This document shows positions 27,938 through 37,435 of a stretch of DNA of 64,000 bases, in pieces. Source of the stretch: an uncultured bacterium (GTDB taxonomy: Bacteria; Abyssobacteria; SURF-5); the NCBI GenBank assembly GCA_964607485.1, contig CAZSKP010000026.1, positions 1 to 64,000 of the forward strand, in the 5' to 3' direction. Made by a program: the position numbers and the translations under genes. The notes below the pieces were generated by a model. It was not told the origin of the DNA. It searched no databases and was given only the letters and a program-made list of their open reading frames with translations. Position 1 is the first letter of the stretch, and every line of letters begins with the position of its first letter.

Positions 27938-29710
27938 ATGAAGCGGAAGCGGCTCCTGTGGCAGCTCTACTCCTCCTACCTCTTGATTATTCTCCTGTCA
28001 TTATCCGCAGTCACATGCTACGCATCGAGGTCGCTGCGGCAATTCTACGTCGAGAGCACCGCAACCGACCTTGAGGCAAGAGCGGATTTTATGGGCGAAT
28101 ATATCTCGCGGCGGTCCGGCCTGCAGGACGCCTCGGGACTCGACGCGCTGTGCAAGGAACTCGGCAGGAAAACCTCAACTCGCATCACGGTGATACTCCC
28201 GTCCGGGAAGGTCATCGGCGATTCCGACGAAAACCCCGCCGCCATGGACAATCATGGCGACCGCCCGGAAATCAAGCAGGCCTTGGCCGGGCGCACGGGC
28301 ACGTCGTCGAGGTACAGCTATACGCTGGAGAAAAACATGATGTACCTCGCCGTGCCGATACTCGACGGCGAGAGGGTCGCCGCTGTCGTGAGAACATCCG
28401 TGCCGGAGACCCGCATACAGCGGGCGCTACGGACGATTTACCTGAGGATAGCCCTTGGCGGCGTGGCGATAGCGTTTGCCGCGGCTGTGATAACCTGGAT
28501 GATGGCACGCAAAATCAGCCGCCCGCTCGAGGAGATGAAAGCGGGTGCGGAGCGTTTTGCGAGGGGCGACTTGGGTTACAGACTTCAGGTACCCAATGCG
28601 CATGAGACGGCGACCCTGGCCCAGGCGATGAACGAAATGGCCGCGCAACTCGACGACAGGATCCGCACTGTATTGCATCATAGGAATGAACAGGAGGCCG
28701 TGCTCTCCAGCATGGTCGAAGCGTTGCTGGCCGTGGACAGCGGAGAACGGTTGATCGACATCAACCAGGCCGCCGCGCGACTGCTCGGCATCGACGCCGC
28801 CGACGCGCGAGGGAGGACCGTTCAGGAAATCGTCAGAAACACGGAGCTTCAGGAGTTCATGAGACGCTCGCTTGCGAGCGGCGAACCCGTCGAGGCCGAC
28901 ATCGTCCTGCGGGATGAAGAAGAGAGGTTCTTGCAGGCCCGCGGGACCACTCTCCTGGGCGCCCAGGGAAAAGGCATCGGCGCGGTGGTTGTCCTGTCAG
29001 ACGTGACAAACCTGCGGCGGCTCGAGAGAATTCGCCGCGACTTCGTCGCCAACGTTTCGCATGAATTGAGGACACCCGTTACATCGATAAAAGGATTCGT
29101 GGAAACCTTACTGGACGGCGCGATACGTGATCCGGAGGACGCTGAACGATTCCTCGCGATAATCGCGAAACAGGCCGACAGGCTGAACGCGATAATCGAA
29201 GACCTTCTCAGCCTCGCAAGGATAGAAGAGGAAACCGAGAAGGAAAAGGTCATCCTCACGGAGAGCAGGTTGAAAGATGTGCTCCGCGACGCTCTCGTGG
29301 GTTGCGAGCCGAAGGCCTCCCAAAAAGACATACGCATTGAACTGGATTGCAGTGAAGACATCACCGCCGACGTGGACCCTCAACTTCTCGAACAGGCGGT
29401 CGTGAACCTCATCGACAATGCGATTAAGTACAGCGAACCGGGGAGCAAAGTTTCCGTCGGCGCAAGCGAATCCGAGGCCGAGGTGTCGATCTGCGTTCGA
29501 GATGAGGGCTGTGGAATCGAGGCGAAACATCTGCAACGGGTGTTCGAAAGGTTCTACCGCGTTGACAAAGCGCGCAGCCGCGAGCTCGGCGGCACGGGGC
29601 TCGGACTCGCGATAGTGAAGCACATCGCCCAGGCCCACGGCGGCCGCGTCACGGTCGTGAGCTCTCTCGGAAGAGGCAGCGTTTTCTCAATCCACCTGCC
29701 AAAGCGTTGA
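27938..29710 (+). CDS. phoR: Phosphate regulon sensor kinase
   Basis: TM-HAMP-PAS-HisKA; DFVANVSHELRTP and ERFYRVDKARSR motifs. Confidence 0.9.
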   Translation: MKRKRLLWQLYSSYLLIILLSLSAVTCYASRSLRQFYVESTATDLEARADFMGEYISRRSGLQDASGLDALCKELGRKTSTRITVILPSGKVIGDSDENPAAMDNHGDRPEIKQALAGRTGTSSRYSYTLEKNMMYLAVPILDGERVAAVVRTSVPETRIQRALRTIYLRIALGGVAIAFAAAVITWMMARKISRPLEEMKAGAERFARGDLGYRLQVPNAHETATLAQAMNEMAAQLDDRIRTVLHHRNEQEAVLSSMVEALLAVDSGERLIDINQAAARLLGIDAADARGRTVQEIVRNTELQEFMRRSLASGEPVEADIVLRDEEERFLQARGTTLLGAQGKGIGAVVVLSDVTNLRRLERIRRDFVANVSHELRTPVTSIKGFVETLLDGAIRDPEDAERFLAIIAKQADRLNAIIEDLLSLARIEEETEKEKVILTESRLKDVLRDALVGCEPKASQKDIRIELDCSEDITADVDPQLLEQAVVNLIDNAIKYSEPGSKVSVGASESEAEVSICVRDEGCGIEAKHLQRVFERFYRVDKARSRELGGTGLGLAIVKHIAQAHGGRVTVVSSLGRGSVFSIHLPKR

Positions 29711-29723
29711 GCAAGTCGCCAAC

Positions 29724-29770
29724 CTTAATTCTAATCTAATTCTAACTCTGACGTAATCTCCCTCCAACAA
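29724..29770 (+). promoter_or_regulatory. Putative Pho boxes upstream of the porin gene
   Basis: TAAT/TAAC/TAAT/CAAC at 29732, 29743, 29754 and 29765. Confidence 0.5.
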
Positions 29771-29867
29771 TCTTCATGTAGCATTCCGTCAAATGAACAC
29801 CGCTGTCGAGTTGGAAATCGCATGGTCAATTTGATTCTCACATCATCAGAAAGGAAGCGTATAGCGT

Positions 29868-31148
29868 ATGAAGAAAGTCATTTTGTGTGCTTGTATCGTA
29901 CTCCTCGCGCTCCTCGGCAAAGCATATGCTGAGGACCAGAGCCGCTCCGACGAAATCGAGGCGCTTCGCAGGACCGTTGAGGAGCAGAACCGTACCATCT
30001 CACAGCTCCTGCGGCGGCTCGAAGCGCTTGAGGCGACACAGGACGAACAGGCCGGTTGGATCGAGGAGAAGAAGGAAGAAAAACCTCTTTGGACTGAACA
30101 TGTGAAGCTGAAGGGTGACTTACGCTACCGTTATGAATATATAGACGACGACAGGAAGACCGACGAAAGGCACCGCAACCGCATCCGCGCACGGCTGGGA
30201 GTCGATGCGCAGGCCCTTCCCACGGTGGATCTGCATTTCCAGCTTTCCACGGCGGAGGTGGTGGACGCGAACGGCCACGACGAGGGCGACCCGGTGTCGG
30301 GCAATCAGACGCTGACCAACGCATGGTCGTTGAAACACATCTGGCTTTCCCAGGCCTATTTCGACTGGCACCCCGATGCGGCGCCCGGCCTTAAGATATT
30401 AGGAGGTAAGATGCACCGTCCGTTCATCACGCCCGTGTCGAGTGAACTCATCTGGGACAGCGACGTGAATCCGGAAGGAGGCGCCATCGAATATCACAAG
30501 GATTTCGACCCGGTCGAGCTGTTCGCCCGGGGTTACGGCTTCTGGGTGATCGAACGGTCCGCCGCTGCCGACTCTGCGCTTTGGGGAGCACAGGGCGCGC
30601 TGAAATACAACTTCACCGCGTTTGACGACAAGGCACATGTCATGGGCGGCCTGAGTTACTATGACTATAGCAATGTCGAAGGCAGGCCGTTCTTTGTCGA
30701 TGGCGATTCCTTCGGCAATACTGAGGGTCCCGTCGCCGGAACGTTTGGGGAGGATTTCAATTTGTTCGAGGTCTTCGGCGAGGCGGGATTCAGAGTCAAG
30801 GGAATGCCCGTCACGGCTTTTGCCGATTACGTGAGAAATAACGCGGCCAGCAGTCAGGACACCGGCTGGTCGGCCGGGTTCAAGATCGGCAAGGCAAGTG
30901 ACCTAGGTTCATGGGAGTTCAGGTACCTGTACAAGAAGGTCGAGCAGGACGCCGTGTTCGGCACGTTTACCGACTCCGACTTTGGCGGCGGGGGAACCGA
31001 CGTAGAGGGCCACGAGATTAACCTCGCATACCAGCTCGCTAAGAACTGGCAAATGGCCGCGTCATACTTCATCAACGACGTTGACGTCAACAAGAAACCC
31101 AAGGAAGACTATCAAAGACTTCAGCTTGATGTTATATTCAAGTTCTGA
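29868..31148 (+). CDS. Putative phosphate porin
   Basis: Signal peptide, coiled coil, LKGDLRYRYE, LIWDSDVNPEG, C-terminal QLDVIFKF. Confidence 0.8.
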   Translation: MKKVILCACIVLLALLGKAYAEDQSRSDEIEALRRTVEEQNRTISQLLRRLEALEATQDEQAGWIEEKKEEKPLWTEHVKLKGDLRYRYEYIDDDRKTDERHRNRIRARLGVDAQALPTVDLHFQLSTAEVVDANGHDEGDPVSGNQTLTNAWSLKHIWLSQAYFDWHPDAAPGLKILGGKMHRPFITPVSSELIWDSDVNPEGGAIEYHKDFDPVELFARGYGFWVIERSAAADSALWGAQGALKYNFTAFDDKAHVMGGLSYYDYSNVEGRPFFVDGDSFGNTEGPVAGTFGEDFNLFEVFGEAGFRVKGMPVTAFADYVRNNAASSQDTGWSAGFKIGKASDLGSWEFRYLYKKVEQDAVFGTFTDSDFGGGGTDVEGHEINLAYQLAKNWQMAASYFINDVDVNKKPKEDYQRLQLDVIFKF

Positions 31149-31210
31149 AGATATTTGCAATTTCCTCCTGATGCGCAGGGCGGGGGGAAGCGCCTCCGGC
31201 CTTGCACGAT

Positions 31211-31240
31211 CCTAACGAAAACTTAACAGAAAACTAACAT
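31211..31240 (+). promoter_or_regulatory. Putative Pho boxes upstream of pstS
   Basis: TAAC at 31213, 31224 and 31235. Confidence 0.7.
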
Positions 31241-31279
31241 TTAGGTGCGATACTTAATTGACAACAAAGGAGACCGACT

Positions 31280-32314
31280 ATGAAGAAGGCGTTGCTGTTG
31301 GGAATAGCGCTGGCGTTTGCGTTCGCCCTGAGCGTGACTGCCGGGGAAGTAATGATACACGGGGCGGGAGCGACGTTTCCGTATCCCGTTTACTCGCAGT
31401 GGGCATACAAGTACAACAAGCTCACGACCGTGAAACTCAATTACCAGTCCATCGGCTCCGGCGGCGGCATCGCCCAGATAAAAGCAAGGACGGTGGACTT
31501 CGGAGCGTCGGATGCGCCGTTGAAGCCGGAGGAACTCGACGAAAGCGGGTTGATTCAATTCCCGATGGTCATCGGAGGGGTCGTGCCCGTCATCAACGTC
31601 CCCGGTATCGAGTCGGGAAAGCTTCGTCTGACTCCGGAAACTCTGACGGGCATGTTTCTCGGCAAGATAACCATGTGGAACGATCCGGCGATTAAGCAGG
31701 CAAACCCCGGCCTCGAGCTTCCGGACAGGGCGATAACGGTCGTGCACCGGGCCGACGGGTCGGGCACGACGTGGATATTCACCAACTACCTGAGCAAGGT
31801 TTCCGAGGAATGGAAACAGAAGGTGGGCAGCGGCAAGGCGGTGGCCTGGCCAACCGGCGCGGGCGGAAAGGGGAACGAGGGCGTCGCCAGCTATGTTCAG
31901 CGCATACCAGGCGCTATCGGCTACGTCGAGTACGCGTATGCGCTCCAGAACAAGCTGACTTATGCGCTCCTGCAAAACCGCGCGGGGCAGTACGTCGCCC
32001 CCACCATGGACACGTTTCAAGCGGCGGCGGCGAACGCCGACTGGAAGAATGCTCCCGGATACTACGTCGTGCTGACCGACCAGCCGGGAGAGAATTCATG
32101 GCCGATAACCGGCGCCTCGTTCATTCTGATGTACAAGAATCAGGAGGACGCGGGACAGGCCAAAGCAACGCTCGCTTTCTTCGACTGGTGCTATAAGCAT
32201 GGTCAGGATATCGCGAAGAATCTCGACTACGTGCCCATCCCGATGAATGTTGTTGACCTCGTCGAGGAGAGTTGGAAGACTGAGATTAAAGCGGGCGGAC
32301 CAATCTGGCCGTGA
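31280..32314 (+). CDS. pstS: Phosphate ABC substrate-binding protein
   Basis: GAGATFP, YQSIGSGGG, DFGASD and RADGSGTT motifs. Confidence 0.96.
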   Translation: MKKALLLGIALAFAFALSVTAGEVMIHGAGATFPYPVYSQWAYKYNKLTTVKLNYQSIGSGGGIAQIKARTVDFGASDAPLKPEELDESGLIQFPMVIGGVVPVINVPGIESGKLRLTPETLTGMFLGKITMWNDPAIKQANPGLELPDRAITVVHRADGSGTTWIFTNYLSKVSEEWKQKVGSGKAVAWPTGAGGKGNEGVASYVQRIPGAIGYVEYAYALQNKLTYALLQNRAGQYVAPTMDTFQAAAANADWKNAPGYYVVLTDQPGENSWPITGASFILMYKNQEDAGQAKATLAFFDWCYKHGQDIAKNLDYVPIPMNVVDLVEESWKTEIKAGGPIWP

Positions 32315-32464
32315 AGGCGGTTTGCCTTCCGGGGATAGAACCGAAGTTCCAAATAACAAGTATCCACAAGGAGACAGGGGCAACCGGTATTGCCCCTGTG
32401 CTTTTATGCTCCGCTTCGCAAGTGCGGCGCATTCGGCACTCTTCGTGGGAATTCAGCGAGGAAG

Positions 32465-33436
32465 ATGAAAACGTTTCCGGTCAATAAGACACCGGCAGCC
32501 GGTTTCAAGTCCGCCGTCCCGGGCAGGGGCGCCGACGTGGCCTTCAAATGGTTCACCGCCTCCTGTGCGGCGGTTATCTTCGTCGTGTTGGTCGCCATAT
32601 TGGCGGAGCTCACTGCGAATTCCAAACTCTCGTTGCTGCATTTCGGTGCGAAGTTCCTGGTATCTACGAGTTGGAACCCGGTCACTCAGGATTTCGGAGC
32701 CCTGAGCAGCCTGTATGGCACGCTGGTTTCCACCGTTATCGCGATGCTTCTCGCCGTTCCCCTCAGCCTGGTAATCGCGCTTTTTCTCGTCGAGTTGGCG
32801 CCGCCCTGGGCGAGTCGGCTCATCGGCGGAGCGATTGAGCTGCTGGCGGCGGTTCCGAGCATAATCTACGGAATGTGGGGCCTGTTCGTCTTTGCTCCCG
32901 TGATGGCCGACCACGTGCAGCCATTCCTGTCGAAGGCCGGCGGTTGGACGCCGTTGTTCACCGGACCTCCGATGGGCATCGGCATGCTCACGGCGGGCAT
33001 AATACTGGCGCTCATGATATTGCCGTTCATCAGTGCGGTCAGCCGCGACGTGTTCCAGATGGTGCCCGCCGTCGTGAAGGAGTCGGCGTATGGAGTGGGG
33101 GCGACGACGTGGGAGGTCACCCGCAAGGTTACGCTCCGGTATGGCGCCCGTGGAATAGTAGGCGCGGCGTTCCTGGGACTGGGCAGAGCCATCGGTGAGA
33201 CGATGGCCGTGACGTTCGTCATCGGCAACGACCACACTATTTCCCCTTCGCTGTTCGCAGCGGGAAACAGCATTGCATCGACGCTCGCCAACGAGTTCAC
33301 CGAAGCGTCGGAGCCGATGTATCTGAGCTCCCTGATAGAGCTGGGGCTCGTGCTGTTTGTTGTGACCGTGCTCATTCAATTCGCGGCGCAATTGTGGTTG
33401 AGCCGACTGCAAAAGACCGCCGGAGGTGGCCTGTGA
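32465..33436 (+). CDS. pstC: Phosphate ABC permease
   Basis: ELLAAVPSIIYGMWG and LGRAIGETMAV motifs; start ATG 32465 inferred. Confidence 0.94.
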   Translation: MKTFPVNKTPAAGFKSAVPGRGADVAFKWFTASCAAVIFVVLVAILAELTANSKLSLLHFGAKFLVSTSWNPVTQDFGALSSLYGTLVSTVIAMLLAVPLSLVIALFLVELAPPWASRLIGGAIELLAAVPSIIYGMWGLFVFAPVMADHVQPFLSKAGGWTPLFTGPPMGIGMLTAGIILALMILPFISAVSRDVFQMVPAVVKESAYGVGATTWEVTRKVTLRYGARGIVGAAFLGLGRAIGETMAVTFVIGNDHTISPSLFAAGNSIASTLANEFTEASEPMYLSSLIELGLVLFVVTVLIQFAAQLWLSRLQKTAGGGL

Positions 33437-34284
33437 AAACTCGCTCCGTTGGCGCGCGACGGCGAACCGATTTGCTGGTGAAGATGGTGTCGGGATTTTC
33501 CGCATTGATAGGCGTGGCGGCGCTCGGCTGGATTCTGTACGTCGTGGCGCGCAGGGGAATGGGAGCTTTGAACGTTGCCTTCTTCACCCAGCTTCCGACG
33601 CCGCCGGGCATACCGGGCGGAGGGCTGGCGAACGCAATTTATGGAACTCTTCTCATCACGCTGTTGGCGTCGATCATGGGTATCACGGTGGGTCTGTTTG
33701 CCGGTGTGTATCTCGCCGAGTTCGGACGCGATGCGGCGGTTGCCTCGTGGGTCCGCATGGGCGCAAACGTGCTCATGGGCACCCCCTCGATTATCATCGG
33801 CGTTTTCGTTTACACCTTGATGGTCGTGCCGGTTGGCCATTTCTCCGGCTACTCCGGGGCGGTCGCTTTGGCGGTCATCATGTTTCCCGTCGTCGCACGA
33901 ACGACGGAGGATATGCTGAACCTTGTGCCCAATGAGCTTCGCGAATCTGCTCTTGCCATCGGCGCGCCGCGCTGGAAAATGACGATCGACGTCGTCTTCA
34001 GGGCCGCACGGTCGGGTCTGCTGACGGGCGTGCTGCTTGCCGTCGCCCGCGTGAGCGGCGAGACCGCGCCCCTTCTGTTCACCGCGCTCAACAGCCCCTA
34101 TTGGCCCAAGTCGCTGAACGGACCGACCGCCAATCTTACGGTCACCATATTCAATTACGCCATGTCGCCGTATGCCGACTGGCAACGAATGGCGTGGGGC
34201 GCGTCTTTCTTGATTATGGCCGGTGTATTGATTCTGACATTGGGCGTGCGCCTTTCATTGCGGAGGAGGAAAGGATGGACGTGA
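33433..34284 (+). CDS. pstA: Phosphate ABC permease
   Basis: PSIIIG and [13 protein letters not shown] motifs; GTGA overlap with pstC. Confidence 0.94.
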   Translation: MKTRSVGARRRTDLLVKMVSGFSALIGVAALGWILYVVARRGMGALNVAFFTQLPTPPGIPGGGLANAIYGTLLITLLASIMGITVGLFAGVYLAEFGRDAAVASWVRMGANVLMGTPSIIIGVFVYTLMVVPVGHFSGYSGAVALAVIMFPVVARTTEDMLNLVPNELRESALAIGAPRWKMTIDVVFRAARSGLLTGVLLAVARVSGETAPLLFTALNSPYWPKSLNGPTANLTVTIFNYAMSPYADWQRMAWGASFLIMAGVLILTLGVRLSLRRRKGWT

Positions 34285-35123
34285 CAAAGAAGGCCCGGGT
34301 AGGGGATTTGCCGCGAGCGCCCAAAATCATCCCGAAGGAGCGCGATACTTCGTCACCCGGCGGAGACAGGCCAAGCAAGGTTTCCGTGAGGAATCTCTCC
34401 TTCTTCTATGGAAAGCATCAGGCGCTTTTCGACAATAATCTGGAGATCGCGCCCAATCGTGTGACCGCCATCATAGGACCCTCCGGGTGCGGCAAATCGA
34501 CGCACATACGCGTGTATAACCGGATCTACGAGCTCTATCCCAAGCAGCGGGCGACGGGCGAGGTCTTTCTCGACGAGGAGAACCTGCTGTCTGCCGACGT
34601 CGACCTGATCGAGCTGCGCCGAAAAGTGGGAATGATATTCCAAAAACCCACTCCGTTTCCCATGAGCATCTTCGAAAACGTTGCATACGGGCTCAGGTTG
34701 CACTATCGGACCGACAAGGGCGAACTGACCGCCCGGGTGGAACGGGCGCTCAAGAGCGCCGCGCTCTGGGACGAGGTTAAGGATAAGCTTCAGGCTCCCG
34801 GCACCGCGCTTTCGGGCGGTCAGCAGCAGAGGCTCTGCATAGCGCGGGCGATTGCGCTTGAGCCCGAGGTGCTTCTCATGGATGAGCCGTGCTCGGCCAT
34901 CGACCCCATTGCCACCACAAAGATCGAAGACTTGATTGAGACCCTGAGAAGCAATTATACTATCGTTCTCGTGACGCATAACATGCAGCAGGCCGCCAGG
35001 GTTTCCGATTTTACCGCATTCTTCTACCAGGGGCACATTGTCGAGTTCGGTCCGACAAGAAGAATCTTCACCAATCCCTCGAAGAAGCAGACGCAGGACT
35101 ACATAACGGGCCGTTTCGGATAA
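34275..35123 (+). CDS. pstB: Phosphate ABC ATPase
   Basis: [16 protein letters not shown] and YITGRFG motifs. Confidence 0.95.
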   Translation: MDVTKKARVGDLPRAPKIIPKERDTSSPGGDRPSKVSVRNLSFFYGKHQALFDNNLEIAPNRVTAIIGPSGCGKSTHIRVYNRIYELYPKQRATGEVFLDEENLLSADVDLIELRRKVGMIFQKPTPFPMSIFENVAYGLRLHYRTDKGELTARVERALKSAALWDEVKDKLQAPGTALSGGQQQRLCIARAIALEPEVLLMDEPCSAIDPIATTKIEDLIETLRSNYTIVLVTHNMQQAARVSDFTAFFYQGHIVEFGPTRRIFTNPSKKQTQDYITGRFG

Positions 35124-35138
35124 GGGGGGACGATTTCA

Positions 35139-35810
35139 ATGACCGCGCACCTGCAAAAGGAAATCGAGGCGCTGAAAAAGGATATCCTGTCCCTCGTCGC
35201 GATAGTCGAGGAAAACGTCGGCCGTGCTGTCAAGAGTATCGAAGACAGGGACGCCGGACTGGGCAACAAGGTGATTGCAATCGACAAGACAATAGACAGC
35301 AGAGAAGTGGAGATTGAAGAAGAATGCCTCAAGATACTTGCGCTTTATCAACCGGTCGCCATCGACCTCCGGTTCATTGCCGCCATGCTCAAACTCAACA
35401 ACGACCTGGAACGCATAGGCGACCTGGCCGTCAACATAGCCGAGCGCGCCATCTATCTGGCGAACACGCAGAGAACCGACGTTTCGTTCGACTATCGGGA
35501 GATGACACGAAAGACCGAAGCGATGCTCAAGAAGAGCTTCGACTCTTTCGTCGATATGAATCCCGACCTGGCGCGAGAGGTCATCGCCTCCGATGATGAG
35601 GTGGATGACATCGAAAGGAAAATAGTGGAGCAGACTCAGGAGGCGATAAGGAAGTACCCGGACCAGGTCGACCGATTGCTCCACCACATGTTTGTTGCGC
35701 GCCATCTTGAACGGATCGCCGACCACGCCACAAACATCGCCGAGGACGTCATCTACATGGTCGAGGGCCAAATCATCCGGCACGGCGGCACGCTTCCCGA
35801 CGGGCGCTGA
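35139..35810 (+). CDS. phoU: Phosphate signalling protein PhoU
   Basis: QPVAIDLR, DLERIGD and LERIADHATNIAE motifs. Confidence 0.95.
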   Translation: MTAHLQKEIEALKKDILSLVAIVEENVGRAVKSIEDRDAGLGNKVIAIDKTIDSREVEIEEECLKILALYQPVAIDLRFIAAMLKLNNDLERIGDLAVNIAERAIYLANTQRTDVSFDYREMTRKTEAMLKKSFDSFVDMNPDLAREVIASDDEVDDIERKIVEQTQEAIRKYPDQVDRLLHHMFVARHLERIADHATNIAEDVIYMVEGQIIRHGGTLPDGR

Positions 35811-35836
35811 TTTCCTCCCACTAATGAAATGACCGA

Positions 35837-36403
35837 ATGAGGCTATCCGAGAAGAATCGTTTGGCTGAACTCGAGAGGCTGCATGCCCGCGTGAGGCGGT
35901 GCCGCAGATGTCCGCTGTGCAAAACCAGACACAACGCGGTGCCGGGCGAGGGGCCTATCGGTGCGGCCGCTATGCTGATCGGGGAAGCCCCGGGGAAAAA
36001 AGAGGACCAAACCGGCCGTCCATTCATCGGGCCGTCGGGAAAATTCCTCGATAAGATGTTGAGCGAGGCCGGCATCAGTCGGGAGCGCATATTCATCACC
36101 TCCACAATCAAATGCATCCCCATACATTCCCGCAAGCCGTCAAAGGTGAGCATCGAGGCCTGCAATCCCTATTTGCAGGAGCAATTGAAGCTGGTCAATC
36201 CCCGCATCATCTGCCTCCTCGGCGAGGTGGCTGCCAAGACGGTGCTCGGAATCGCGAAGGTTGCCGACGCACGGGGGAAAATCATCAGCCGCGGCGGGCG
36301 CAGTTTCCTTGTCACGTACCACCCGGCGGCAGCCCGCAGATTTCCCAAGCTGAAAGAGCTCATGAGGAAGGACCTCGGCCTCTTGGCCGGTCACACTGGC
36401 TAA
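35837..36403 (+). CDS. udg: Family 4 uracil-DNA glycosylase
   Basis: CRRCPL, GEAPG, RPFIG and TYHPAA motifs. Confidence 0.9.
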   Translation: MRLSEKNRLAELERLHARVRRCRRCPLCKTRHNAVPGEGPIGAAAMLIGEAPGKKEDQTGRPFIGPSGKFLDKMLSEAGISRERIFITSTIKCIPIHSRKPSKVSIEACNPYLQEQLKLVNPRIICLLGEVAAKTVLGIAKVADARGKIISRGGRSFLVTYHPAAARRFPKLKELMRKDLGLLAGHTG

Positions 36404-36632
36404 GCCAAACAGCCCACCAATCTTCACTTCTTTTGGCCACTGGTCGGATTCCTGAAGGGGTAGTTGTTTCAAAGCTGCGCAGATAATAAGACCAGTTTCG
36501 TCTTAAAGTGCAACAGCCATCACTCAGCGGTCCAAGAACAGCTTCAAACCTACATAATGTCTGGTGCTTTAAGTCCATGCGGGACAAGATGTTACCAATT
36601 ACAGCGTGGTGTCAAGATCATTCCCATTTCAT

Positions 36633-36648
36633 TGGCACGGCTAATGCT
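36633..36648 (+). promoter_or_regulatory. sigma54 promoter for hsp20
   Basis: TGGCACGGCTAATGCT about 50 nt upstream of the ATG. Confidence 0.65.
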
Positions 36649-36700
36649 GACATACTATAGTAAAGAAGCAAGAAGTTAAGGAGAAAGGAAGGTGTGGCAA

Positions 36701-37165
36701 ATGGCTATCACACGATATAGAGGGCTGAGAGGGTTGGCTCCATTCACAGGTATGTTTGATTGGCCCGACATGTACTCGGACACGTTCCTGGATTTTCCGA
36801 GTCTGTTTGAAAGAGGAGTAGGGCTGCCGACCGCGTGGCATCCCTCGGTGGACATGTACGAGGATAACGGGAAAATCTTCGTGAGAATGGACCTGCCTGG
36901 TCTGTCCAAGGAAGACATCGACATTTCTTTCGACGGTCATGTCCTGTCGGTTACGGGCCAGCGCGAGGAAGGGAAACTCAACGAGGGGTCGTGCTACTGG
37001 TCGCGTGAGCGGTTCTCGGGCGATTTCCATCGGTATGTGCACATCCCGGCTGAGGTCCTTTCCGAGAAGCTCAAGGCCAAATTCAAAGACGGGGTCTTGG
37101 AGATAGAGCTGCCGAAGGCGGAAAAAGCAAAGCGTAAGAAAATTGCTATCGAGTCTGGAAAGTAA
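36701..37165 (+). CDS. Hsp20/alpha-crystallin small heat-shock protein
   Basis: PSVDMYE, DLPGL, ERFSGDF and DGVLEIELPK motifs. Confidence 0.93.
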   Translation: MAITRYRGLRGLAPFTGMFDWPDMYSDTFLDFPSLFERGVGLPTAWHPSVDMYEDNGKIFVRMDLPGLSKEDIDISFDGHVLSVTGQREEGKLNEGSCYWSRERFSGDFHRYVHIPAEVLSEKLKAKFKDGVLEIELPKAEKAKRKKIAIESGK

Positions 37166-37199
37166 GAGGAGCACTCCTCTTGACCCGCAACTCAGACCC

Positions 37200-37239
37200 A
37201 GGGGGCGCCGGCGCATCCGTGCACTGGCGCCCCTTTTTT
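37200..37239 (+). terminator. Intrinsic terminator after hsp20
   Basis: GGGGCGCC...GGCGCCCC stem followed by TTTTTT. Confidence 0.8.
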
Positions 37240-37287
37240 GACCGTCCTCCGCAACCTACCCTGTGTGGTGCGGATTTCTCTCACTAG

Positions 37288-37334
37288 ACACAAAATATGG
37301 ACGGTGCAATTGCCGTTCCCTCTATATGTTGTAT
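37288..37334. promoter_or_regulatory. Tandem NrdR-box-like sites upstream of smc
   Basis: ACACAAAATATGGACG (37288) and CCTCTATATGTTGTAT (37319), 31 bp apart, just before TTGACA-N16-TACACT (37342-37369). Confidence 0.6.
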
Positions 37335-37435
37335 TTTTCTCTTGACAAATTCGCGGAATATGGTACACTAGTAGAAAACCGGCCTCATGTATATCCAGAC
37401 GCGGCGCAAAGCAGTATTTTCTGGAGACCTAACTC

